Below the pieces are notes generated by a model that saw only the letters and a program-made list of their open reading frames with translations, had not been told where the DNA came from and searched no databases. A stretch of DNA of 64,000 bases from a virus, in the IMG/VR virus record IMGVR_UViG_3300048080_000231. One strand, 5' to 3'. Positions within the stretch are counted from its first letter, which is position 1. Every line of letters begins with the position of its first letter. Position numbers and translations under genes: made by a program. Shown one piece after another: positions 36,623 through 45,163 of this stretch.

Positions 36623-36701
36623 ATTATAGCACAAATTATAACTTTGTCAAAGGAAATTTGGTAATAAAATTCTTGACAAGATTATAAAATAGTGGTATAA
36701 T
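36623..36701. promoter_or_regulatory. Back-to-back divergent sigma70 promoters (switch region)
   Basis: Minus: TTGACA(36650-36645)-N16-TATAAT(36628-36623); plus: TTGACA(36673-36678)-N17-TATAAT(36696-36701). Confidence 0.85.
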
Positions 36702-36959
36702 TTAGGTGCATTGATAAGCCTTATCGACATCAAAGTTACAATCAAACTGGATAAGATTATCATAGCTCAAAATATCAGGAGGTGCTTATGAGGAAACATA
36801 CTTTAGCTTCGTAGTAAAATAATTTTCATCCGGCCATTACATTTTTTAGGAGGTCTCCGGCTTGCCAAACCTGCTCATCAAATTTAATTCAAATGTCAAA
36901 GCTCTAACATTCTCTTTCAGCCTAGCCAGTTCGAGGAGAATGTAATACCTTTAATAAGT

Positions 36960-37064
36960 CAGACGCCGGTAGTGGCTACGTCGGCGTAAAGCTCGTGGAC
37001 AGAATGTAAGACCCCCCGGGGCGGCTCTGGTTGAAGCGAGTACTTAAACATACATTTGAGTATG
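36960..37064 (+). ncRNA. TnpB omega-RNA (reRNA)-like element without tnpB
   Basis: Hairpin acgccg..cggcgt then AAAGCTCGTGGACAGAATGTAAGACC-hairpin-GGCTCTGGTTGAAGCGAG, resembling the 3' core of IS200/IS605/IS607 tnpB loci; translates as ARGQNVRP..ALVEAS, like TnpB C-termini. Confidence 0.5.
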
Positions 37065-37157
37065 AAAAAGATAGCAGAATGTAATAAAATTATGCGTAAT
37101 TTGTCATTGGCGATGGTCGCCCGTGGCTATTTATTTTCAGAAAGAAAGGTATTTGTT

Positions 37158-37952
37158 ATGACAAGCATTAAAGAATTTTTAGCAGAAATGACCGCCGAGG
37201 GCGAAAAAGCTACAGGCGGAGGCGCAGGTATCGTAGGCCGAGTTTTAATTCAACTTGGTTTACATCGCTTCGTGAAAGATCATGACTTCTGGCAGTTTTG
37301 GCTCGTTACACCGGAAAAGTCAGAAGTTGTAAGAAAAACAGCGGAACTCCAAGAGCGGCTTAATCAGGCCGGTTCAACCGAGAAGCCAAACTTTGGTCTT
37401 CGTGTAACCATTTTCTCCGATGTGTTAGGACACGCGCCATACAAAAAGAACCTGGATGAATTTATCCCTAGCTGGCAAAAAGAAGCTTATGGCCTGTTAG
37501 CGCAGCATGTTATTGATGCTAACCTGCCAATCGGTAAAGAGTTTTGGGGACATGTCCAAATGAAAGCTAATCCATTCGCTGTGGCGAAAGGAGAGGCTGG
37601 CAAAACGGATAAAGACCAAAATGATGTACCACGTTTTCCGACCATTCGCGTCCCGGTAAAGATGTTTACCGATAGGGCCGAAGCTCAAACATTTGTCAAT
37701 GCCAATGGTCAAGTCACCTCAAGACCATTCAGTCCAACAGCCAAGGCGAACTATCCTGACCTGTCTATTTTAGAAACTCAGGGGGATGACATTGCAGTAT
37801 GGCTCAATCGCGCGCAACAGGGAACACCGTATAATAATGATGCAACCAATTTCCCACTCCCCACGCCGCTGACACCGCCAAATGTGAAAAAGTATATTGC
37901 CAACATTTTTCTTGTCGAGCCAGAAGACGTTGACTTTTTCCTCCCATTCTAA
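37158..37952 (+). CDS. Putative single-stranded DNA-binding protein
   Basis: First gene of the recombination module; acidic-aromatic C-terminus EPEDVDFFLPF like SSB tails. Confidence 0.45.
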   Translation: MTSIKEFLAEMTAEGEKATGGGAGIVGRVLIQLGLHRFVKDHDFWQFWLVTPEKSEVVRKTAELQERLNQAGSTEKPNFGLRVTIFSDVLGHAPYKKNLDEFIPSWQKEAYGLLAQHVIDANLPIGKEFWGHVQMKANPFAVAKGEAGKTDKDQNDVPRFPTIRVPVKMFTDRAEAQTFVNANGQVTSRPFSPTAKANYPDLSILETQGDDIAVWLNRAQQGTPYNNDATNFPLPTPLTPPNVKKYIANIFLVEPEDVDFFLPF

Positions 37953-38115
37953 CTATGACTACATACACCTATCATTGCCAGTGTGAATATTGCAGTATGC
38001 CGGTACAAATTGAGGAGCAAGAGCCACTGGATACCAATGAGGCTTGCGCTGGTATTATCTGCGATGCTTGCGCCTGGCTATTAGAGGAAGGCGAACTAGA
38101 GGAAAAGGAAGTTGA

Positions 38116-39024
38116 ATGACAATCTACATAGACCCGTCAGAGTTGCGTGAAAATTCCAATCTCCTCAAATATCTCTCTGATGTGGTCTATGTCCCTCTCT
38201 CTGACTTGGAAGCGCAAACTGGGGCAGACTTGATGGTATCTCCTGATGGTCTGCCCCATCCATCTGAAAATTTAGAAACACACATCCTTTCTGGCGCAAA
38301 ACTGATACAAGTCAAATTCGGGCAAGACATCGCTGCCAGTATCGTAGATGGCCGGCTTGATGAGCAGCTAGCGCGTATGCAAGCATTGCCTACGCACTGG
38401 TGGCAAAGGATATTACTCTTTGTCGGTATCTTCTCATATGACGCCACGAAAGGCATGGCGACGATAAACGGCCAGCTAAGCTATACTAATCCCCCTCTCG
38501 CCTGGCGCAATATGCAAGGCATGTTCATCGCCTGGGCTGAGGGAGGCGCACTAGACTTTCCTCTAGCTTCTGGAAAGCTAATGAAAAACCATCTGGAATT
38601 ACACCAGATGCATGCTAACTACATTTATAAACACGGTGGCCGGGAAAAGATAATTATGCCCAAGCCAGAAAGGTTTATTGTCGGCTTACCTCATCCCAAT
38701 TCGCTTATTAGGGAATGGCAAGCCCGACAAACTAGGCTGATAAACGATATTCGTACCATTCTATGCGCTATTCCCGATGCTCATATTGGCCCAGATAAAG
38801 CGACGGCCATTTTTGATTACATGGCTGAGCATAGCATATCACAAAATTTAGATGGCTTGCTTGGTATGGTAATCGGGAAAAAGCCAGAATTGCTAAAAGT
38901 GGATGGTATCGGGAAAAAAACAGTAGAAGCGATTAAAGCTATTTTCGGTGAACTTGCTACAGAAAGGAGAATATCATTGCCAGAAAAAACGCACACGCCA
39001 AGAAAAAATGCGAAGGAAAAATAA
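38116..39024 (+). CDS. ERCC4/XPF-family structure-specific nuclease with HhH
   Basis: IYIDPSE, GADLMV, QVKFGQDIAASIVDGRLDEQLARM, C-terminal LLKVDGIGKKTVEAI. Confidence 0.75.
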   Translation: MTIYIDPSELRENSNLLKYLSDVVYVPLSDLEAQTGADLMVSPDGLPHPSENLETHILSGAKLIQVKFGQDIAASIVDGRLDEQLARMQALPTHWWQRILLFVGIFSYDATKGMATINGQLSYTNPPLAWRNMQGMFIAWAEGGALDFPLASGKLMKNHLELHQMHANYIYKHGGREKIIMPKPERFIVGLPHPNSLIREWQARQTRLINDIRTILCAIPDAHIGPDKATAIFDYMAEHSISQNLDGLLGMVIGKKPELLKVDGIGKKTVEAIKAIFGELATERRISLPEKTHTPRKNAKEK

Positions 39025-39166
39025 GACATGCTTCTAAGGACGCAGCATACTGGCATTTAAGAAATCACTTGAAGATTTTTCAACCTAATATGATAGCTAG
39101 AATCTATCGGTGCAATACTGTGATGGCTATCATATTGGACATAATAAAATGAAGTGGAGGTAATAA

Positions 39167-40261
39167 ATGAGGATTTCAATTCTTCCCCCTGAGATGAAGG
39201 GGGTTATAGTCCCGTCAGGTTATCGCGGGAAAGGAAAAACGCTTTTCGCTTCACAAGCTGATTTGCCAGAAAACATAGCATTTTTCGATTTTGAAGATAA
39301 AGCCGAAGGGCTTCATGCACAATTGCACTTTGGCTATTACAAATCTATTAGCCAACAGGAAAATACCCCTCTCTCCCGTGGTGACTTATTTTTGAGAGAG
39401 ATTGCCAACCTACCAGAAGATAAATTTACTGTAGCTATCATTGATAATATTTTACCATTAGAGAAGTCGTTACAAGCCCTGGTTTATCGTGATGCTAGAA
39501 AATATGCTGACATCTACGGCTATAGCATACCGGACATCATGAAAGATAGCTATGGCAAAGCGCGTGGTATTACCAATGACTTGATTGGTGATGCTATTTG
39601 TAAACCGCTCTACGCTAAAGGTATTCAGCTTGTTATTGCTACGTCACATGCTAAAGCAACTTACAATGTGCCAGGCAAGATGACCATTTATGGCCGAGAT
39701 CGTTGGCAAGATTTAAGTATCCTTACACTTATCTTAATAGACGGAGACCATCACCCCATTCCATCGGCTATTGTACAAAAGGAGCAACTTGCTTCTATTT
39801 CTTCCTTGGATAATCTAACCAACGAACAAATTCAAGCCATTATGCGCGGCGAACTGGCAAGCCATATTATTACGCGCCGGCTGCCGTATCGCTTACCCAA
39901 ATGCGATTGGCAGAGTATTAGATACTATCTTCATCATCCTGCAAACTTAAAAGAGCCAGGGTCGGGCGAAGCGTTAAATTTAGAGGAAGCTGAGCCATTC
40001 TCAGAACGATTAAGCAAAGAGCAAATAGCTTACCAATTACGCGCGCTTGAAGTTGAACAGCGCGCTGAGCAAGAAATGAGTAGCTTGGAATTGCTATTGT
40101 CTCAGGAGAAAGTCACGGCCATTAAAAAGTATCTGGCTGAAACGCTAAACGGGCAGCCCGTGCCAGTAAAAATCAACCAGCTAAAGAAAGCTATTGAATT
40201 GGGAGAACTCGCTTACGATGGCGAGATAACGCCTGGAAAAATAATAGAATGGAGCAAGTGA
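39167..40261 (+). CDS. AAA ATPase (AAA_24/Sak4-like recombinase)
   Basis: Walker A GYRGKGKT, FFDFE, Walker B VAIIDN, IATSHAK. Confidence 0.7.
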   Translation: MRISILPPEMKGVIVPSGYRGKGKTLFASQADLPENIAFFDFEDKAEGLHAQLHFGYYKSISQQENTPLSRGDLFLREIANLPEDKFTVAIIDNILPLEKSLQALVYRDARKYADIYGYSIPDIMKDSYGKARGITNDLIGDAICKPLYAKGIQLVIATSHAKATYNVPGKMTIYGRDRWQDLSILTLILIDGDHHPIPSAIVQKEQLASISSLDNLTNEQIQAIMRGELASHIITRRLPYRLPKCDWQSIRYYLHHPANLKEPGSGEALNLEEAEPFSERLSKEQIAYQLRALEVEQRAEQEMSSLELLLSQEKVTAIKKYLAETLNGQPVPVKINQLKKAIELGELAYDGEITPGKIIEWSK

Positions 40262-40425
40262 ATATGAAACCGCCTGAATTTATCCATATCCCCATCGGTA
40301 TTTACAATGGCGTAGACCTGCTAGATACTTATGTAGACGAGAATTATATCGTCTGGCTGATTACGCCAAATCCTGAATTGGAGTGCGAAATAGTGTACGA
40401 ATAGAGACAGTTAAACGGTAACTAT

Positions 40426-40458
40426 AAAAAAGAGAGGTAGAAATTACCTCTCTTTTTT
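40426..40458. terminator. Intrinsic terminator
   Basis: aaaaaagagaggta-gaaat-tacctctctttttt. Confidence 0.8.
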
Positions 40459-40481
40459 AATGTAACTCATATACTTTTTCC

Positions 40482-40511
40482 TTGACAATGTTATAAAAAG
40501 TGTGATATAAT
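40482..40511 (+). promoter_or_regulatory. sigma70 promoter
   Basis: TTGACA-N18-TG-A-TATAAT type; contains TTGACAAnnTTATAA. Confidence 0.7.
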
Positions 40512-40671
40512 TGATATTAAGAAGTAAAATTTTCAGGAGGTAAATAATGTGGATATTGATGATAGGAAAAAGACAAGTTGGCAAGCCGATGAATTATGAA
40601 AATGTCTGCTATTGGCAAGAGCGCATTGCTGAAATTTTCCCCGAAGTAACAATAAAAATGAGGAAACCATA

Positions 40672-41202
40672 ATGAGCAACTTATCCCAAAGAGTACAAAA
40701 AAGCAAAAGCTTAAAATTTGGCGCAGCTATTACCGGCCAAATTTCAAGCCATAAATACGTAGCTTATGGTTTCGTTTCCCCCCACTCCGAAAAAACCTAC
40801 GAAGTAAAACTGCAAAGGGAACGCCAAAATTCTCCCTTTGGAGACCAAGAAATTACCCACGATGTCATAACGGTCAATTGCAAGTTCTTTCATCCCCGGA
40901 ATGGTAATTTACAGTTGATGGATAATTGCCCCGGCAACAGCAAAAACACTATCTGCTATCACGGCTTGGGCGCAATCAGACATCACCTGGCGCAGAAAGG
41001 CTATACGATTGCTTTTTGTGCCAATGTGTTTGACGCCGTGAAACTTCGTAAGCCCAACCAAACCTTGGTGAAAGTTGTATCAGACCAGGGAGAGGGAATT
41101 TTATGGGCAGTGGTAGCGGAAAAGCCTAAACCAATTGAGGTTGAAGATTGGCAAGCCCAAGTTGAATTAATGCGCGGCCCGGAAGAAGCCGGCATAGATT
41201 GA
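40672..41202 (+). CDS. SWIM-like zinc finger protein
   Basis: YEVKL...VNC...CPGN..TICYHGLG. Confidence 0.5.
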   Translation: MSNLSQRVQKSKSLKFGAAITGQISSHKYVAYGFVSPHSEKTYEVKLQRERQNSPFGDQEITHDVITVNCKFFHPRNGNLQLMDNCPGNSKNTICYHGLGAIRHHLAQKGYTIAFCANVFDAVKLRKPNQTLVKVVSDQGEGILWAVVAEKPKPIEVEDWQAQVELMRGPEEAGID

Positions 41203-41214
41203 AAGGAATAAGAT

Positions 41215-41418
41215 ATGAAATATATTTTTATTCACCCTCCTATCCATTCCAAGAGCAAGACACAACGTTATCGCCTCAAAAATATGCCAGATGGTTCATA
41301 TCGCGCTGTTTGGCTTGAAATCAAAAGCAGTGCGGTTGCTTATTTCACCTCCAATGGCAAACAAAAAAAACGACTAACTACCCATAAAGATTTTTTAGAA
41401 TATAGCAGATTACCATGA
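41215..41418 (+). CDS. Hypothetical protein
   Basis: 67 aa ORF. Confidence 0.45.
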   Translation: MKYIFIHPPIHSKSKTQRYRLKNMPDGSYRAVWLEIKSSAVAYFTSNGKQKKRLTTHKDFLEYSRLP

Positions 41419-42788
41419 GTATTGAAACTTTTACTAAACAAGAGTTTGAAATCTATCTAAGCCAGCATCAGCCATATCAACCGCTTGGCCTCGTAGACGG
41501 AGAAGAAACCTATCTGCTCCCCCTCGATGGTCAAGTGGCTATCGCCATTCGCTCATCTGTAAAAGCAAATGGTATCTCAGCCGCCACCGGAGAGGATAGC
41601 ATCCGGCTTTGGCTAGTAGATAATGATAGCCAACCGCTTGGCAGCAAAGTGTCACGCTGGACAACTCGCCTGGCTGGCTGGCAAGATAGACTATCTCAAA
41701 ATATCAAAACACTATGCGAATGGCGCGCCGCGGCTGGTGATTGCCCAGAGTGCCAAAAACCAAAAGGTATTTTTAAGGTTAAAAAAGTCGGCGAGAATAA
41801 AGGCCGGCCATTCGCAAAGTGTAATGAGCATAATAATTTCATTTGGTTAGATGAAGAAAGGAAAGAAAATGTCTACTTCAGTAAAGCAAGCCACGGCGAT
41901 AATGGTAAAATCGAGCTTGTGGCACAAATGGCATGTGAAATCAGCCAATTCCAAGCTAACTTTATGCAATTTGAAGATACCATCAACGGCTTTCCAGATA
42001 CCAAACCAGAACCAATACCTGACCCCGCTCTGTTACGAGTGTGCGAACCAGTATCGCGCACTCCAAATGAGAAACAAGGATTAGCAATTGAAGCTGATGT
42101 AAATGCTAATTTGCGCGTGCTTGCTCCTCCGGGAAGCGGTAAGACATTTGTAATTGAGCACCGTTATAAGTTCCTAGTTGACAATGGTATCTCTCCCGAT
42201 TCTATCCTTGTCGTCACATTCTCAAAGCAGATGGCTGATGAAATGGGGAAGCGCATCATTAAAACTTGTCCTATCGCCAATTTAGAACAGATTAGTACCA
42301 TCCATGCTTTCTGTTTTCGATTGCTAACCAAATGGGATATAACTAGCCAATATCGCGGCTGGCAAGTTCCTGAGAATTGGAAGGTAAAAAAGCAACTTGA
42401 GGATACCATTGGTCTGGTCTGGAAAGAAAAAGAAAAACCGGGATACAATGAGGTATTAGATCAAATCAACCTCTCGAAGTATCATGGTTTTACCTCAGAT
42501 GAAGCGTACACCTTTTTCGTAAATACGCTTGGTCAAACTTATGGTAAGTGGCTCTATGACTTGCGGTGTCGTTTCGATGCTTGGCTAAAAAGTAACCGCT
42601 TTATGCTCTTTGCCGATATGCTTTATCTAGTGGAGCAACGGTTAAAAAAGGATGCGGCTTGGCGCGCGTGGTTACAGGGGAAATTTAGCCATATAATAAT
42701 TGATGAAAGCCAGGATATCAATTATCAAGCTATGCGCATCTTGGTAACAATCAGCTTAGAAAGTGGGAAGAACACAGTCTATGAATAA
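41415..42788 (+). CDS. UvrD/PcrA-like SF1 helicase, N-terminal half (with GRF zinc finger)
   Basis: CPEC...KKVGENKGRPFAKC..HNNFIWLD; Q motif NEKQ; Walker A APPGSGKT; VTFSKQMA; STIHAFCFRLL; Walker B IIIDESQD; then stop. Confidence 0.88.
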   Translation: MSIETFTKQEFEIYLSQHQPYQPLGLVDGEETYLLPLDGQVAIAIRSSVKANGISAATGEDSIRLWLVDNDSQPLGSKVSRWTTRLAGWQDRLSQNIKTLCEWRAAAGDCPECQKPKGIFKVKKVGENKGRPFAKCNEHNNFIWLDEERKENVYFSKASHGDNGKIELVAQMACEISQFQANFMQFEDTINGFPDTKPEPIPDPALLRVCEPVSRTPNEKQGLAIEADVNANLRVLAPPGSGKTFVIEHRYKFLVDNGISPDSILVVTFSKQMADEMGKRIIKTCPIANLEQISTIHAFCFRLLTKWDITSQYRGWQVPENWKVKKQLEDTIGLVWKEKEKPGYNEVLDQINLSKYHGFTSDEAYTFFVNTLGQTYGKWLYDLRCRFDAWLKSNRFMLFADMLYLVEQRLKKDAAWRAWLQGKFSHIIIDESQDINYQAMRILVTISLESGKNTVYE

Positions 42789-42996
42789 TAATCTGAATAA
42801 CAATCAACTAGTTAAAATTTATTCTGAAGCATCCATTCTTCTAATAAAACAGGATATTACCATTGAAAAATGCCTCAAAGCTATGGCTATCGTGAAAACA
42901 TATCTCCTGAATAAGGACACAACACCTCCAGAAACTTTAGTATTAGCATATTCTCTACTAGCAAGTATTATCAATGAGGCAGATAAATGTCCTTAA
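42781..42996 (+). CDS. Small ORF inserted between the helicase halves
   Basis: ATG overlaps the upstream stop; its stop overlaps the downstream ATG. Confidence 0.55.
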   Translation: MNNNLNNNQLVKIYSEASILLIKQDITIEKCLKAMAIVKTYLLNKDTTPPETLVLAYSLLASIINEADKCP

Positions 42997-44324
42997 TACT
43001 TGTGGCAGATGTAGACCAAATGATGTATAGATTTCAAGGTGCAAAGCCGGAAATCGTCACTGAAGAAATTCAGCGATACATTCTCGACGTTGAAACTATC
43101 AAGCTGGCCGTAAATTATCGCAGCTATGATGAAATTATCAATGCAGCTAGCAAACTAATCAGCCACAATTATAGCGACCTTAATGGCCCATATTCTCAAG
43201 AATTTATGAAAAATACAAGAGGAGTAAAAGGGCCTGGCGGCTTTATCGGCTTCCAAATGTACCTCGATGCTGAGGCCGAAGCGCAAGCGACGGTAGATAC
43301 TATCAGGGAATTATTTTGCCAAGGTTATCTTTCTGGCGATTTCTTTATTGGCTCACGTACCAGAGCGCAACTAGCTTACATTGAAGGCGCATTAGTTAAA
43401 GCTGGTATCAAGTTTCTGAGCACTGTTGGCGGCAGCTTCTGGACAAATAAGCACGTCGCTGATGTGGTAGCTTATTTGAAGTTGGCGCATAATACCAACG
43501 ATGGCGAAGCACTAAAGCGCATCTACAATATCCCCTCCGCTTCGCATAGCTATACCTGGAATGATAAGGAAGGGAAATTCCAGGCCGGGGATTATTGCCA
43601 TACGCGGTATCTCGGTCAGGAATTTTTAGCCAAGATAGATAACAATTTTAACAATATCAATAAGATATTCTCCTCTTCTGATGCTTGGCGATACAAAACC
43701 AAGCCACAGGATTACGAAAAGTACGGTGCAACTAAAGCGCAAGACCTGCAAGAATTTGTGTGGGCTGTTAAAGATGCGCTTAAGACCGCTAATGATATGG
43801 GCCGGGTTATTCAATTCATCATTGATAATTGCTATGAGAAATACCTTAGACACGAAGGTGCAAGTGATGAAGGTCTGGTCACGGCCAAATTGGATGATTT
43901 AGCAACAGTGCAAGAATTAGCTTCAAAATATTCTCAGGCTAATACTTTCCTTGCTTATGTGGCTGAAATGGAGAAGGCCGCAACAGATAAGGAAAATAAA
44001 GACTGGGCTGAATATGTAGTTATCTCAACTTACCATCGGCTTAAGGGCTTAGAGCGTAAGGTTGTTTTTGGCCTTGGCTGGTGCGAGGGGATAGACACTA
44101 AGACTGAAGAACCACGAGGCTTACTGCCACACACTTTTAGCATGGTGCCTCCGCCTCAATTTGGCATATTACCATCAAATGGTGTGTCACCGATGGAAGA
44201 TGAGAGATGTATAGCTTTTGTGGCTACCACGCGCGCTGCTGAGAGAGTATATCTTAGTGGCATTAAAACCTATCGGACTTGGATATTAGAGCCAAGTCGA
44301 TTTATAAAGGAGATGGGATTATGA
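42987..44324 (+). CDS. UvrD/PcrA-like SF1 helicase, C-terminal half
   Basis: Motif III VADVDQMMYRFQGA, IV LAVNYRS, RTRAQ, V STYHRLKGLE, VI EDERCIAFVATTRA; own GAGG RBS with in-frame TAA before the ATG. Confidence 0.88.
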   Translation: MSLILVADVDQMMYRFQGAKPEIVTEEIQRYILDVETIKLAVNYRSYDEIINAASKLISHNYSDLNGPYSQEFMKNTRGVKGPGGFIGFQMYLDAEAEAQATVDTIRELFCQGYLSGDFFIGSRTRAQLAYIEGALVKAGIKFLSTVGGSFWTNKHVADVVAYLKLAHNTNDGEALKRIYNIPSASHSYTWNDKEGKFQAGDYCHTRYLGQEFLAKIDNNFNNINKIFSSSDAWRYKTKPQDYEKYGATKAQDLQEFVWAVKDALKTANDMGRVIQFIIDNCYEKYLRHEGASDEGLVTAKLDDLATVQELASKYSQANTFLAYVAEMEKAATDKENKDWAEYVVISTYHRLKGLERKVVFGLGWCEGIDTKTEEPRGLLPHTFSMVPPPQFGILPSNGVSPMEDERCIAFVATTRAAERVYLSGIKTYRTWILEPSRFIKEMGL

Positions 44325-44875
44325 ATAAAATACATTATAATTTAATTGTATCGGGCGTTCTAATTTGGAACAAATGGCGACAAGAAAATCCCGCCATTGT
44401 CCCCGACTTGCGATGGGTTGACTTACATGAGGCTGACTTACATGAGGCTGACTTACATGAGGCTGACTTATATGAGGCTGACTTATATGAGGCTAGCTTG
44501 ATCGGGGCTAGCTTGTATGGGGCTAACTTACATGGGGCTAACTTGCGCGGGGCTAGCTTGATCAAAACTAACTTACATGGGGCTGACTTACATGGGGCTG
44601 ACTTGAGCGAAGCTAACTTGCGCGAGGCTAGCTTGAGCGGGGCTGACTTGAGCGAGGCCAAGGGAATTGTCCAGCTACTGTGGGCCGGTTTTACAATCCT
44701 CATCTGGCAGCGAGAAGGCGTAAAGTACGCAAAAATTGGCTGCCGAGAAAAAACCGTCAGCGACTGGCTTTTACTCTCGGATGATAAGGCGATTTTGCTT
44801 GGCGCAAAATCGGAGCATCTGATTGGCTATCGTCTTGTTATGGAATTCGCAACAGCTTTTTTGTTTGATGAATAA
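44321..44875 (+). CDS. Pentapeptide repeat protein
   Basis: W N.WR..NP..PDL then ADLHE/ADLYE/ANLHG/ASLSG repeats encoded by 15-bp tandem repeats (gaggctgacttacat). Confidence 0.9.
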   Translation: MNKIHYNLIVSGVLIWNKWRQENPAIVPDLRWVDLHEADLHEADLHEADLYEADLYEASLIGASLYGANLHGANLRGASLIKTNLHGADLHGADLSEANLREASLSGADLSEAKGIVQLLWAGFTILIWQREGVKYAKIGCREKTVSDWLLLSDDKAILLGAKSEHLIGYRLVMEFATAFLFDE

Positions 44876-44980
44876 TAATTCCTTTTTAGGTTACTTTGAT
44901 GCTATTGGTATTGATAATACATGGCAAGATGCTAAAGGAAATAGTATCAAGCCATTATTAGACGAATTGGAGAAAGTAAA

Positions 44981-45163
44981 ATGATTAGCATTACATACGA
45001 AGCAGGTAAAAGCCAATGTTTGCACTGCTTAAAAAAAGATAAGGCTATTTACGATTTACGTATAAGCTCATTATCATTATCGCTGTGCTTGGCTTGTTTG
45101 GAGAAGATAAAACAAGCAATAGAAAATGTCCAGGACTATCAAAAAGAGAATAAACTACAATGA
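44981..45163 (+). CDS. Small Zn-binding protein
   Basis: CLHC...CLAC. Confidence 0.45.
   Translation: MISITYEAGKSQCLHCLKKDKAIYDLRISSLSLSLCLACLEKIKQAIENVQDYQKENKLQ

Noticed and set aside
36937-37084. Three AGAATGTAA copies spaced 64-75 bp as a mini CRISPR array
   Set aside because: The shared unit is only 9-10 bp, far shorter than CRISPR repeats; no cas genes; one copy is part of the omega-RNA-like core
36700-37100. Intact IS200/IS605 or IS607 element
   Set aside because: No tnpA/tnpB ORF, no RuvC or zinc-finger motifs and no recognisable left end; only the 3' RNA-like core
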